A model generated the notes under the pieces. The model saw nothing but the letters and a program-made list of their open reading frames with translations, made no database searches and was not told the origin of the DNA. The position numbers and the translations under genes are program-made. Of a stretch of DNA of 64,000 nt, positions 17,187 through 26,689 are shown piece by piece (the first letter of the stretch is position 1; every line of letters begins with the position of its first letter). Origin of the DNA: an uncultured Pirellulaceae bacterium (GTDB taxonomy: Bacteria > Planctomycetota > Planctomycetia > Pirellulales > Pirellulaceae); the NCBI GenBank assembly GCA_964641465.1, contig CAZXLW010000005.1, positions 49,081-113,080 of the forward strand. Reading direction: 5' to 3'.

Positions 17187-18896
17187 ATGACTACCAACAA
17201 AATTCGATTCGATTTGGCCCTGTTCATTATTCTGATTCTTGGCTTGGTATGCCAATCTTCCGCCTTCGGACATTTCGTATGGGTGGCAAAAACTGACGAT
17301 GGTGGTCAGGTCAGAATCTACTTTGGCGAAGGCCCGCATCCTGACAAAGCCCAGTTCCTTGGTGGACTGAAAGAGATCAAAGTCTGGTCCGTCGATGCGA
17401 ATGGAAATGCAAAACCACTTGCCTATGAAAAGAAAACGGAAGGTGAGAATGGCTGGTTTGAAGCGAAAGCTGGTTCGTCGATACGTGCCGTCGACGTCGA
17501 TTGCCAATACGGACTCTTTTCACGCGGTGAAAAGAGCATGCTGTTGCACTACTGTGCCAAGTACTCTGATTACCAACCGGGCATGAAAACAAATGCGAAC
17601 CCCAAATTACCGGTCGACGTCATTTGCCAATGCGGTGACCAAATGACTACCTTCAATGTTTTGCATAACCAGAAACCGGTGGTCGAAAGTGAAGTTCAAA
17701 TTGTCGAACAAGGAGGCCAGGTTCATGACTTGAAGACTGACAGTCAGGGGATGGTTAAGCTGGATAAAGTGCCCAATGGCCAATGGCTGGTGCGTGCCAA
17801 AGTAACCGAACCGAAGGCTGGTACGTTTGACGGTAAAGAATATAGTGAGAAGCGTACTTACTGCACTCTGGTAATTGGTCTGCAAAAAACTCAAGTGAAG
17901 AATTCAGAACAAGCTGACTCCGAATCAACCAAATCGACTGAATCCGCTGAAGGAATTTCTCAGCCGTTTGCGTCGAAGCTGAAAACAGGCAAGTCGTTGC
18001 CAGAATTACCGGTCGGGATAACCAGCTTCGGTGGTGCAGTCGTCGGCGACCACGTTTATGCCTTTGGTGGCCATTGCGGACACGCTCACGAGTACTACAA
18101 AGGCGCACAGAATAGCAAGCTGTATCGCCTGAATTGGAATTCGCCTACGGACTGGGAAGTTGTTCACGAAGGATCTAGTGGCTTGCAGGGCTTGGCGATG
18201 GTGCAACACCAAGGCAACCTGTATCGAGTCGGTGGCTTCGTAGCCAGGAATGAAGAGGGTGAAGATCAGGATCTTCATTCGGTCGGCGAGTTCGCACGGT
18301 TTAACTCCGACAAAAATGCCTGGGAACAACTTTCTCCGATGCCTGTGCCCAGGTCGTCACTCGACGCGGTAGTAGTTGGCGACAAATTGTTTGTAGTTGG
18401 TGGTTGGACACTGGCCGGCAAAGATTCGACAGTCTGGTGCGATGATGCAGTCTGGATTGACCTGAAAGACAAAGACGCCAAGTGGCAAAAACTCGATGTT
18501 CCATTCAAACGCCGTGCTCTTTCGGTAGGCTTTCAAGGTGACAAGCTGTATGTCATTGGTGGCATGCGAGAAAAAGGTGGTCCGACCGGCGAAGTCAGTG
18601 TCTACGACATTGCCAACAACAAGTGGAGCGACGGGCCCAAGTTACCAGGCGAAAAAGGGATGGAAGGGTTTGGCAATTCCTGTTTCAACGTCGGAGGCAA
18701 ACTGGTGTTGAGTACTTACAGTGGCCAGGTTCTTCGTCTCAATGACGGAAAAGCCGGTTGGGAGAAACTGCATGAACTGGAAACAGGTCGCTTTTTCCAT
18801 CGCCTGTTGCCACTCAACAAGAACAAGTTTGTTCTCGTTGGAGGGGCGAATATGGATGTTGGCAAGTTGCATGACGTTGAGGTCTTTGAGTTTTAA
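17187..18896 (+). CDS. Secreted Kelch-repeat beta-propeller protein with a DUF4198-like N-terminal domain
   Basis: 569 aa with a signal peptide and then 'GHFVWV', the start typical of DUF4198-type periplasmic domains. The C-terminal half has Kelch blades 'VVGDHVYAFGG', 'HQGNLYRVGGF', 'VVGDKLFVVGGW', 'FQGDKLYVIGGM' and 'NKFVLVGG'. Confidence 0.8.
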   Translation: MTTNKIRFDLALFIILILGLVCQSSAFGHFVWVAKTDDGGQVRIYFGEGPHPDKAQFLGGLKEIKVWSVDANGNAKPLAYEKKTEGENGWFEAKAGSSIRAVDVDCQYGLFSRGEKSMLLHYCAKYSDYQPGMKTNANPKLPVDVICQCGDQMTTFNVLHNQKPVVESEVQIVEQGGQVHDLKTDSQGMVKLDKVPNGQWLVRAKVTEPKAGTFDGKEYSEKRTYCTLVIGLQKTQVKNSEQADSESTKSTESAEGISQPFASKLKTGKSLPELPVGITSFGGAVVGDHVYAFGGHCGHAHEYYKGAQNSKLYRLNWNSPTDWEVVHEGSSGLQGLAMVQHQGNLYRVGGFVARNEEGEDQDLHSVGEFARFNSDKNAWEQLSPMPVPRSSLDAVVVGDKLFVVGGWTLAGKDSTVWCDDAVWIDLKDKDAKWQKLDVPFKRRALSVGFQGDKLYVIGGMREKGGPTGEVSVYDIANNKWSDGPKLPGEKGMEGFGNSCFNVGGKLVLSTYSGQVLRLNDGKAGWEKLHELETGRFFHRLLPLNKNKFVLVGGANMDVGKLHDVEVFEF

Positions 18897-18967
18897 TCAA
18901 AGAAACACTCAGTTTTTTGCCATCATAAATCGCTCTAGATGTAGGTTGGACATTCTTGTCCGACGGC

Positions 18968-18991
18968 GTAAGTAAGTAAGCAAGCAAGCAA
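18968..18991. repeat. Compound tetranucleotide microsatellite (GTAA)3(GCAA)3
   Basis: Read directly: gtaagtaagtaagcaagcaagcaa, in the intergenic region between the Kelch gene and the EF-hand/esterase gene. Confidence 0.9.
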
Positions 18992-19215
18992 ACAGGAATG
19001 CCATGCTACGTGTCAGGTAGCATTTTCGGCTTCCTCTTGGGGCAAAGACAATCTCGTCGCCAGTCCAGAGTACACTGAGGTGCTGGAAAGAAAACTTAGG
19101 GCGAAGGCAAAGGGCGTCGGTAGCGCCCCAAACGGGCTTCAAGCGTCGCAACGGAGTAGCGGCTCTAGAGAGAGTGCGTGATGAATCCGTCAAAAGAAAA
19201 TTTGGTGCGAGGAAA

Positions 19216-21468
19216 ATGAAAAACATCGTCATGTTCTTTGCGATGGCATCGTTGTGCTGCTCCGCGCATGCGCATGCGCAAACGCTTGAGCCGTTGGAAG
19301 CATCGAGCGGGGCCTACACTGACGCGTCCATTGACCATTTCCTGAAGAAACACGACAAGGATGGAAACGGCAAATTCGAAAAATCGGAAGACGCGACCCA
19401 ATGGAAGCGGAATAGAAGGCTCGACAAAAATCGTGATGGAGCACTGGACCGAGAGGACCTACGCGGGGTTTTGAAGTATGTGGACAGCCCTGGCAAGCAA
19501 CTACGCAATGTCTGCTTCAAACGCGTAGGGACTAGAAAAATCTTCCTGGATTTCTACTTTCCAGATGTGGATGAAAGCGAAAAGAAGCCGGTCGTCATTT
19601 ATACCCACGGTGGTGGTTGGGGAGCCGGAAGTAAACACGGAGCTGGAAACGCGTCGTTTAACGTCGTTCATCGTGCATTGCTTAAGCAAGGATTTTGCGT
19701 CGCCTCCGTTGGCTATCGGCTTGTCCCCAGAACTGGCGAAACCGCCATGCGAGATTGTGTGATTGATTCCAAAGACGCGCTTCGATTCATCTCGGCGTAT
19801 CGTAAAGAACTGGGGATTGATCCCAATCAGATTTATACTTTTGGTGATTCCGCCGGCGGGCACCTTGCCCAGATGCTGCTGCTCGCTCCTCCTGAAAGCC
19901 TGCAAGGTGATCCTGAATTGGCAAAGCATTCGTACAAAACCGTGGCGGGCGTTTCATGGTACGGGCCATGCGATTTTGAAGATGAGCAGTTGTTTAATCA
20001 CGACGATCGAAAGAAATTCAGGGATCGGTTTGGCCCTCGCATCCTCGGTAAAGACTCAAAGCCAGAGGATAAATTGAAACTTTATCGTGAGGTGAGCCCG
20101 ATCAACTATCTGACGGATGAAAGCCCTCCGCTGTTGATGATCCAGGGCAACAAAGACACGACAATCCCGGTCAAACACGCCTATCATATGCAAGAAAAGG
20201 CGGAGGGATTAAAGGCTCCCGTTGAAATTTTGATTGTGAAAAACGCTGGGCATAACTGGCGAAAAGTCGATGCCAACATCGTTCCAACACGCGATGAGAT
20301 CGTGCAGAAAACGATTCAGTTTTTTGTGGCTCATCAAAAGTCATTGACTAACACCAATGAAAGTAGCTTGGTCCCCAAGGCCTGTTATCCCAAATTCAGC
20401 TGGGACACCACGCCCATGTATTTCATGTTTGGAGATACGCATCGCGTTTTGACTTCAGACGAAGTTGTTTCCATCGCTGCACGGACTGACTTTCTCTGCA
20501 TCGAAAAATCACATGGTCGAAAAGAATTGGGTTCCGCTGAACTGGGTGCGAAGCACGAGTCTGCAGCATTCAAAAAGATCAAACCTGACGCGAAAGTGCT
20601 GTTCTATTTCAATGCCGCCTACGCTTGGCCGTTTACGTCGTACAACCAAGCATTCACGCGGAACAAAATCGACGCACATCCTGAATTGAAAAAGTTCTTG
20701 TTGGTCGATCCTGAAACGGGCCAGTTGGCTCATCGTCGCAACATTTTCCTTTTCGATGTGTTGAACCCGGAGTTTCGTCAGTGGTGGGTCGACACGGTGG
20801 CCAAAGGGGTTGCGGAATCCGGCTGTGATGGAGTCTTTATCGATCAAATGCATGGATTTGTCTGGCTGCGAAAAGCAAAAAGCAAAGAAGTTCAGCAAGC
20901 GATGGGTGACATGATGGGTGCTTTGAAACAGAAGATGGGCCCCGACAAGATCTTGATCGGCAACAATTGCCACCAGACGCTTGCCAAGCATGTTTTTCCA
21001 GCGATAGATGGCAGCATGTTCGAGCATTTCAACAATAAAAGCCTGAGCAAAGAAAGTCTGCTGCAAGACTGGAAAGACATGTCGCGAATTGCAAAGGCCG
21101 GCAAGATGTCGATCTTTCGAATTGGGGTCGAACGTGACCACAGCCTGAGTCAGCAGACGGATCAGCCGACAAGCAGGCGAGAACGTTCCAAGCAGATGGC
21201 GGCATTGGCCAAAGAAAGAGTGGAATATTATCTCGCCTGCTACCTCATCGGTGCGCAGCCTTATTCTTATTTTCAATATGGATGGGGCTTTGCTTTATCA
21301 TCAGGGGCTCTGCAGGATTATCCAGCGCTGAATAAACCGCTTGGCAGTCCCCTGGGCCGCTATCAACGAACCACTCCGCAAGGCTGGGAATTCACCCGCG
21401 AATTCGAGCGTGCCAGTGTTTGGGTGGATACTGAATCCAAGACGGCGAAGATCAAATGGAAGAATTGA
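19216..21468 (+). CDS. Secreted three-module protein: EF-hand pair + alpha/beta-hydrolase (esterase/lipase, HGGG type) + TIM-barrel glycoside-hydrolase-like C-terminal domain
   Basis: The track ORF starts at GTG 19174. The ATG at 19216 with GAGGAAA upstream gives the signal peptide '[22 protein letters not shown]'. EF-hand loops are '[12 protein letters not shown]' and '[12 protein letters not shown]'. Hydrolase motifs are '[11 protein letters not shown]', nucleophile 'GDSAGGHLA' and 'GHNW'. The C-terminal '[14 protein letters not shown]' / 'FEHFN' region resembles GHL15/GH114-like domains. Confidence 0.8.
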   Translation: MKNIVMFFAMASLCCSAHAHAQTLEPLEASSGAYTDASIDHFLKKHDKDGNGKFEKSEDATQWKRNRRLDKNRDGALDREDLRGVLKYVDSPGKQLRNVCFKRVGTRKIFLDFYFPDVDESEKKPVVIYTHGGGWGAGSKHGAGNASFNVVHRALLKQGFCVASVGYRLVPRTGETAMRDCVIDSKDALRFISAYRKELGIDPNQIYTFGDSAGGHLAQMLLLAPPESLQGDPELAKHSYKTVAGVSWYGPCDFEDEQLFNHDDRKKFRDRFGPRILGKDSKPEDKLKLYREVSPINYLTDESPPLLMIQGNKDTTIPVKHAYHMQEKAEGLKAPVEILIVKNAGHNWRKVDANIVPTRDEIVQKTIQFFVAHQKSLTNTNESSLVPKACYPKFSWDTTPMYFMFGDTHRVLTSDEVVSIAARTDFLCIEKSHGRKELGSAELGAKHESAAFKKIKPDAKVLFYFNAAYAWPFTSYNQAFTRNKIDAHPELKKFLLVDPETGQLAHRRNIFLFDVLNPEFRQWWVDTVAKGVAESGCDGVFIDQMHGFVWLRKAKSKEVQQAMGDMMGALKQKMGPDKILIGNNCHQTLAKHVFPAIDGSMFEHFNNKSLSKESLLQDWKDMSRIAKAGKMSIFRIGVERDHSLSQQTDQPTSRRERSKQMAALAKERVEYYLACYLIGAQPYSYFQYGWGFALSSGALQDYPALNKPLGSPLGRYQRTTPQGWEFTREFERASVWVDTESKTAKIKWKN

Positions 21469-21500
21469 AGAATCTATTTTTGATAGTTTTTGTTGTTGAA

Positions 21501-21836
21501 CTATCTGCGTTTTCGACGGCAGGTTGTTTCCTCAAGAGAGTTTCGCCTCAGCGCTAATACAACAAGTGCGTCCGGATTGAACTCTGGATCACTGTTTAAG
21601 GCTCCACCATTGTACGCGCCTTCAAAGCGGGTAGTGCCCTCGCAAATCAGGCCATTGTTGAGGCGAGCCAGTGAATTGGTCACACTGCCAACAATGGTCA
21701 GCGTATCGCCCCCCAAGATGACGATTTCGCCGTTGTTGACAATGTCTCCTTGAATCTGGCTGATGGTGCTCCTGCCGATACACGAACAATCGCAATTCTG
21801 TGTCGGCAGGAGCCTCCACCTCCCGACACAACCCAT
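21501..21836 (-). CDS. Orphan small ORF with beta-helix-like repeat segment (possibly a gene remnant)
   Basis: 111-aa ORF with no signal peptide. The segment 'GDIVNNGEIVILGGDTLTIVGSVTNSLARLNNGLICEGTTRFEGAYNGG' is reminiscent of beta-helical repeat proteins. It is the only ORF in a 400-bp gap. Weak call. Confidence 0.25.
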   Translation of the reverse strand: MGCVGRWRLLPTQNCDCSCIGRSTISQIQGDIVNNGEIVILGGDTLTIVGSVTNSLARLNNGLICEGTTRFEGAYNGGALNSDPEFNPDALVVLALRRNSLEETTCRRKRR

Positions 21837-21870
21837 TTAGCGGTTCGGCCCTCGTTAGCCGCCGTTGCGG

Positions 21871-24800
21871 CTACTTTCGATCCGACGAAAGGAAGTGAAA
21901 CAACGCACGGGTTTCGTCGTCGCTCATTTTTTCCAAAAGCCCTTCCGGCATCAATGACAACTTCGTTGGTTTGGAGTCTTCGATTTCTCTTGTTTCAATT
22001 GTCGCGATCTCGGTCGCGGTTTGAATTCGAGTGACTTGCGGAGTCTCCTGCAGAATGACTCCGGTCACGAATCGTCCATCGTCCAGAACAAACTTCGTCG
22101 CACGGAAGGAGTCAGCGACCGACGCATTGGGGTCGATGATGTTCTCGAGCAGATAACTGATGTTCTTGCGGTCGCCGCCAGTCAAATCAGGGCCAACGTT
22201 CTTACCGGCCCCGTGCATCACATGGCAACTTGAACACTTTTCAACAAACAATTTCTTGCCGACCTGGTAACGAGCAAGATCTTTGGCTCGCGTCAGGTTT
22301 ACGTTCTCGGTACACAGCTCTCGTACACGTTTCATTTCTTCCAGTCGTATAGCGTCTGACTGGCGAACTGTGCCCCAGACCTTGGCAAGTTTTGCCGTTA
22401 AAGCAGCGTCTTCGAAATTGGCAATCTGCCGAGCATGTTGGGCAGTAATCGCCGTTTTTGGAATTTCCCCCCTATCAACGGCCGTGAGTAATCGCTCAGC
22501 CCATTTGTTTCGACAGGTCAACGAATCAACGGCAATTCGTTTGCCTTCTGGATCAAGATGCGGGAAACGATTCAGGATGACCTGAGGAGCATTCGAATTG
22601 TCGGTGTAGACCATCGCCTTAATCACGGCATTGGACAGTGCTTTGTTGGAGGCCATGGGTCGCATAAACGAAAACAGGTCCTCCGGCCGAGTCGCGGCAT
22701 ACTCGCCGATCGCCCGTCGTCGTGATTCGACATCCGCATCCTTGCTCTTAGCAATTTTCCGAAGTTCAGCGATCCCTTGCCCGTCCCCGAATATCACATT
22801 GATCTTCTTCAAGTCAGCCTCGATAGACGACACCAATTCCGTTCGCTGAGCTTCATCTGTCTCATGCGTCATAACTGATTCATAAACCTTGTCCCATCCA
22901 GCGGGCTTCGCGATTTTGGTTCGGCCTTCCAAAGCGAGCTTCATGCCTCGCACGACATCTGAAACGATTTCTGGTCGTCCGCTATTCAACAATTGAGCCA
23001 GCTTCGAAGTCATTTCTGGCCGAGAGTCAATTTCTGCAACGATCCGTCGCGCGATGCTTTCACGAACGATCGGAATCTTCGAATCAAGAATCAGCTGAAT
23101 TGCCTGCTCCCAATTAGGAATCACATGTGGCTCAAGTCGGTGCCAGATCAAGTGCGGCTGCGTGCGGTCGCTGCGGTCTGATTCATGGCTCAACAGTGAC
23201 TTAAAGATTTCATAATCAGACTCGAAAGCGAAACGATTCAAGGCGCTGGCAATGTACAGCCGAACCAAGCCGGAAGAATCATTGGCTGCCATTTCAGTCA
23301 ATCGGGCCTTTGTTTCCGAAGACAACTCCGGTTGCTCTGCCAGCAAGCGAACTGCCCATGCGCGAACATGCTCGTCGCCAACCGCTGTCAAATTCACCAG
23401 ATAGGGCGAACTCGTACCACCCACGGAATGCAACGCCCAGAGAGCTCGAAGCATCGGACGCGAATCAGGATTCTCTGATTCATCGAATTGCATTTTCTGC
23501 GTTTCGATGAATTTTTTCAGCAACGTTTTTACCTCCGCCATATCTTCACCGGCGGTGGCTCGTTCTTGCAGGATTCGGCGAGCGTGACGGACAAACCACT
23601 GGTTATCCATTGCATTGGCAGAGACCAGTTGCGTGTCTGACCATTTCGTCAGATCAAAGTCAGCTGGCTGTTTTACTTCACCGTGAGTGATCTTGAAAAT
23701 GCGACCGGAGGTTCGATGGATACCATCGTTCTCGTGGCATTCCCCGATGTCTGACCAGTCCAGCAAATACACTCCACCATCGGGTCCATACGACATCTCG
23801 ATGCCGCGAAACCATGGATCTTCCGATTTGATCATGTCCGGTTCATGACGCGCGGTGTAACCGCAACCGTCTCGTTCCGCTCTTTCCACATTGATTCGGC
23901 GGCCATGAAAATTCGCGGTGAACCACTTATTGCGATACTGCTCCGGCCAGTTATCACCCAGATAACACATCAAACCAGTATGGGCATGCCCGCCACCTAA
24001 CGTGTCGGTAACAGCTGACATACCTTTTGTCTTGGTATTTGACCAAATCTCTTCTGAACGATTCCAGTGGTAGTGGTCGGCTGCTTGCTCGATCACCTGG
24101 TACGTGTGCGGATTGAAGTGAGCTCCGTACATTCGCCGGAACCGCGCGCCGGGAACGACATGAAACATGTGCCCGATCACTGTATTGATCATGAACATCT
24201 CGCCATGATCATCGAAGTCAAAACCCCACGGGTTGGTTCCTCCTTCGGCAACGATTTGAAATTCATCGGATTGTGGATGATATCTCCAGATGGAACAGTT
24301 CATCGCAGTCCGTTGGGAAGGCGAAGAACCGGGCGGCCCGACAAGCGAAGTCGATTGAATCCCATGCCTGCCATACAGCCAACCGTCTGGTCCCCATTGC
24401 AGACCATTGACAACGTTGTGCCGAATCTCTTCAGCATTGAATCCGTCCAGCAAGACTTTCGGTGGCCCGTCGGGAACGTCATCGCCATCGGCGTCTGGAA
24501 CGAACACCAGGTTCGGAGCCGCCGTCAACCAGACTCCACCAAAGCCCAGTTCGATGCCCGTTAGTTTCTGACCTTTGTCCCAGAATACCGTCCGCTTATC
24601 AAAGACGCCATCCTGATCGACGTCCTCCAGAATGACGACTCGATCGTGCAGTTTCAGGTCGAAGTTCTCCTTCCGATGAGAATAGGTCAAACATTCGACG
24701 ACCCACAATCGACCGCGGGAGTCCGAGGTCACCGCAATCGGCTGAATCACATCCGGCTCGTGCGCAAACAGAGTCGCATTGAATCCGGTTGGCATTTTCA

Positions 24801-24948
24801 GCGCCGTCAGTGCCTCGGTGGGCGGAGTGAACGGGATATCCAATGCTTGCGTATTCGGCGGCTCAGAATCCTGTGCAATGATAAGACCAGGAATCGCCAA
24901 AAACCAAAAACATGCTTGCCAAAACCGGCTGTTCGTTACTTTATTCAT
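21871..24948 (-). CDS. PVC-type heme-binding CxxCH protein (membrane-bound dehydrogenase-like beta-propeller + HEAT repeats + C-terminal cytochrome c domain)
   Basis: The track ORF extends to 24993. The ATG at 24948 gives the signal anchor 'MNKVTNSRFWQACFWFLAIPGLIIAQD'. The protein has an N-terminal propeller-like region, a central HEAT-like region, and a C-terminal 'CSSCHVMHGAGKNVGPDLTG' c-type heme motif. This architecture is characteristic of Planctomycetota/Verrucomicrobiota. Confidence 0.85.
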   Translation of the reverse strand: MNKVTNSRFWQACFWFLAIPGLIIAQDSEPPNTQALDIPFTPPTEALTALKMPTGFNATLFAHEPDVIQPIAVTSDSRGRLWVVECLTYSHRKENFDLKLHDRVVILEDVDQDGVFDKRTVFWDKGQKLTGIELGFGGVWLTAAPNLVFVPDADGDDVPDGPPKVLLDGFNAEEIRHNVVNGLQWGPDGWLYGRHGIQSTSLVGPPGSSPSQRTAMNCSIWRYHPQSDEFQIVAEGGTNPWGFDFDDHGEMFMINTVIGHMFHVVPGARFRRMYGAHFNPHTYQVIEQAADHYHWNRSEEIWSNTKTKGMSAVTDTLGGGHAHTGLMCYLGDNWPEQYRNKWFTANFHGRRINVERAERDGCGYTARHEPDMIKSEDPWFRGIEMSYGPDGGVYLLDWSDIGECHENDGIHRTSGRIFKITHGEVKQPADFDLTKWSDTQLVSANAMDNQWFVRHARRILQERATAGEDMAEVKTLLKKFIETQKMQFDESENPDSRPMLRALWALHSVGGTSSPYLVNLTAVGDEHVRAWAVRLLAEQPELSSETKARLTEMAANDSSGLVRLYIASALNRFAFESDYEIFKSLLSHESDRSDRTQPHLIWHRLEPHVIPNWEQAIQLILDSKIPIVRESIARRIVAEIDSRPEMTSKLAQLLNSGRPEIVSDVVRGMKLALEGRTKIAKPAGWDKVYESVMTHETDEAQRTELVSSIEADLKKINVIFGDGQGIAELRKIAKSKDADVESRRRAIGEYAATRPEDLFSFMRPMASNKALSNAVIKAMVYTDNSNAPQVILNRFPHLDPEGKRIAVDSLTCRNKWAERLLTAVDRGEIPKTAITAQHARQIANFEDAALTAKLAKVWGTVRQSDAIRLEEMKRVRELCTENVNLTRAKDLARYQVGKKLFVEKCSSCHVMHGAGKNVGPDLTGGDRKNISYLLENIIDPNASVADSFRATKFVLDDGRFVTGVILQETPQVTRIQTATEIATIETREIEDSKPTKLSLMPEGLLEKMSDDETRALFHFLSSDRK

Positions 24949-25068
24949 GCCGTTAGTATAAATGCCGCGAAATAGATAATCACTAGCCAACATAGGCCAA
25001 CGGACTACAAAAACGTTCCGAATCTTGTAAGTTGGTCAACAATCACTTAGTAGCGAGCAACCAAATAG

Positions 25069-25515
25069 ATGACTGACGAAACACACACTCAGGCTGTTTT
25101 TGCGCCCATCTGGTTTTGGATTGTGGGCGGCATCGTGCTCCTGTGGAATTTGCTGGGCTTCATGGCCTTCGTTGCGCAGATGATGATGACCGAAGAAGCT
25201 CTTTCGACGCTTCCCGAAGCTCAGCAGGAAATTTATCGCAACATCCCAGTATGGGTCACGTTCTGTTTTGCAATCGCGGTGATTTGCGGCGTTCTGGGAT
25301 CCATTTTGCTGCTGTTGCGCGTTCGTCTTGCCGTGCCTGTGCTAATCCTGTCTTTGATCGGAGTCCTGGGACAATATGGACATATGTTTTTCATGACCGA
25401 TACTCCATCGGTCATGGGAGCTGGGGCGATGGTTCTTCCGGCTGTTGTGGTACTCATCGCGATCGGGTTGGTCCCTTATTCGTTGGTTTGCAAAAACCGT
25501 GGGTACCTAAAATAG
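25069..25515 (+). CDS. Small integral membrane protein (4 predicted TM helices), unknown function
   Basis: 148 aa with four hydrophobic stretches (IWFWIVGGIVLLWNLLGFMAFV, VWVTFCFAIAVICGVLGSILLLL, VPVLILSLIGVLGQYGHMFF, MVLPAVVVLIAIGLVPYSLV). Confidence 0.6.
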   Translation: MTDETHTQAVFAPIWFWIVGGIVLLWNLLGFMAFVAQMMMTEEALSTLPEAQQEIYRNIPVWVTFCFAIAVICGVLGSILLLLRVRLAVPVLILSLIGVLGQYGHMFFMTDTPSVMGAGAMVLPAVVVLIAIGLVPYSLVCKNRGYLK

Positions 25516-25616
25516 TCGTTTGGCCTTGAATTCAAGGAAGCACTTTTGAAGCTCCTCGAATTTTGCGTACATATCAATCTGTGTTCATCCATGTCTATCT
25601 GTGGCCATAATTTTCA

Positions 25617-26546
25617 CTAAATCAACAATTCACCGCGAATGATCGTGGCTGCGTTGCCGCCAACTTTCACCGTTTCGATCGCGTCCGGTTGGCCGACAAC
25701 TTCCACCTTGGCTCGGCCGGGTCGTCCCATCCAATGACCTTGCTCGGCCACGAATTTTGGCGAATCCATCAAGCCGTGATGCCAGATATACGCACCCATC
25801 CCGCCGGTTGCCGAACCAGTGAATGGATCTTCGAAAGTGCTGCCGCCATGTGATGCGACAACGTGACGGGCAAAGGTGTCACCGGACTCCGTTGCGCCTT
25901 CAAGACAAAAAATGTGCGGACTGAAAAACTTCTCTCGCTCGCGAAAGGCGACGTAATCTGCGGCGTTGAGCGCAACCCGCCTGAGCGCATCATGGTCGCG
26001 GACGGGTATCATCAATTGTGGTGTGCCCGTGCTGACAATTTGAATGGGTGGGCCAGCGAGTGAATCCTCAGGTTGCAAACCAAAGATCGGTAAGATCTGC
26101 TCGGACGAGAAAGTTGCACCAAATTTTGGCGCTAACTGCGACATGATCACTTGGTCGACTGAACGCGGTTGATCGGAACCAGGCTTGCCCGACCATACAA
26201 TGTCAATCGGCAAGACACCGGCAGGAAGCTGGAGCATGATTTGCGTCGTACTGCCTGGCTCGCCAATTTTATCCGAGGGAATCCTGTTGGTAGTGGCCAG
26301 TGCGTAAATCGTTGCAATTGTTGGATGGCCCGCCAACGGAATCTCTTCATCAGGAGTGAAATAGCGTGCCCCTACGTCTGCCACATCCGATTTCAACACA
26401 AACGCCGTTTCAGAAAGGTTGTTCTCTTTGGCGATCGCCTGCATCGTTTCAGTGGATAGGTCGTCGGCGTCGAATACGATTGCGCAGGGGTTGCCGCCTA
26501 GGGGTTGATCCGTGAACGCATCGACCTGCATGAACTCGTGAGTCAT
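25617..26546 (-). CDS. PhzF-family isomerase (phenazine biosynthesis-like protein)
   Basis: 309 aa with 'MQVDAFTDQPLGGNPCAIVF', 'NLSETAFV' and 'FTPDEEIPLAGHPTIA', the typical PhzF/DAP-epimerase-fold signature. Confidence 0.9.
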   Translation of the reverse strand: MTHEFMQVDAFTDQPLGGNPCAIVFDADDLSTETMQAIAKENNLSETAFVLKSDVADVGARYFTPDEEIPLAGHPTIATIYALATTNRIPSDKIGEPGSTTQIMLQLPAGVLPIDIVWSGKPGSDQPRSVDQVIMSQLAPKFGATFSSEQILPIFGLQPEDSLAGPPIQIVSTGTPQLMIPVRDHDALRRVALNAADYVAFREREKFFSPHIFCLEGATESGDTFARHVVASHGGSTFEDPFTGSATGGMGAYIWHHGLMDSPKFVAEQGHWMGRPGRAKVEVVGQPDAIETVKVGGNAATIIRGELLI

Positions 26547-26689
26547 TCGCTGTCCCGTTTTTCAGTGCCAATTGAGTATTTTCAAACCTCAATTATCGAC
26601 ATGGAGTCTCAGTCCGGCAATCGCTTTCTTCAAAAACCCCAAGCGTTAAAACAACGACTCTAGATATTCGACAAGATCGGCGCGGCATG

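Noticed and set aside
20509-21276. A 255-aa minus-strand ORF inside the EF-hand/esterase/GH-like gene.
   Set aside because: It is antisense to a well-supported CDS and has no recognisable motif. The same reasoning applies to 8338..9045, 13961..14602, 15359..15877, 26687..27415, 31121..31807 and the many 60-130-aa ORFs nested in the large genes.
25524-25537. A perfect 14-bp palindrome CCTTGAATTCAAGG between convergent genes.
   Set aside because: It has no loop and no flanking U-tract, so it is not a convincing terminator. It is a single occurrence and too short to infer a protein-binding site.
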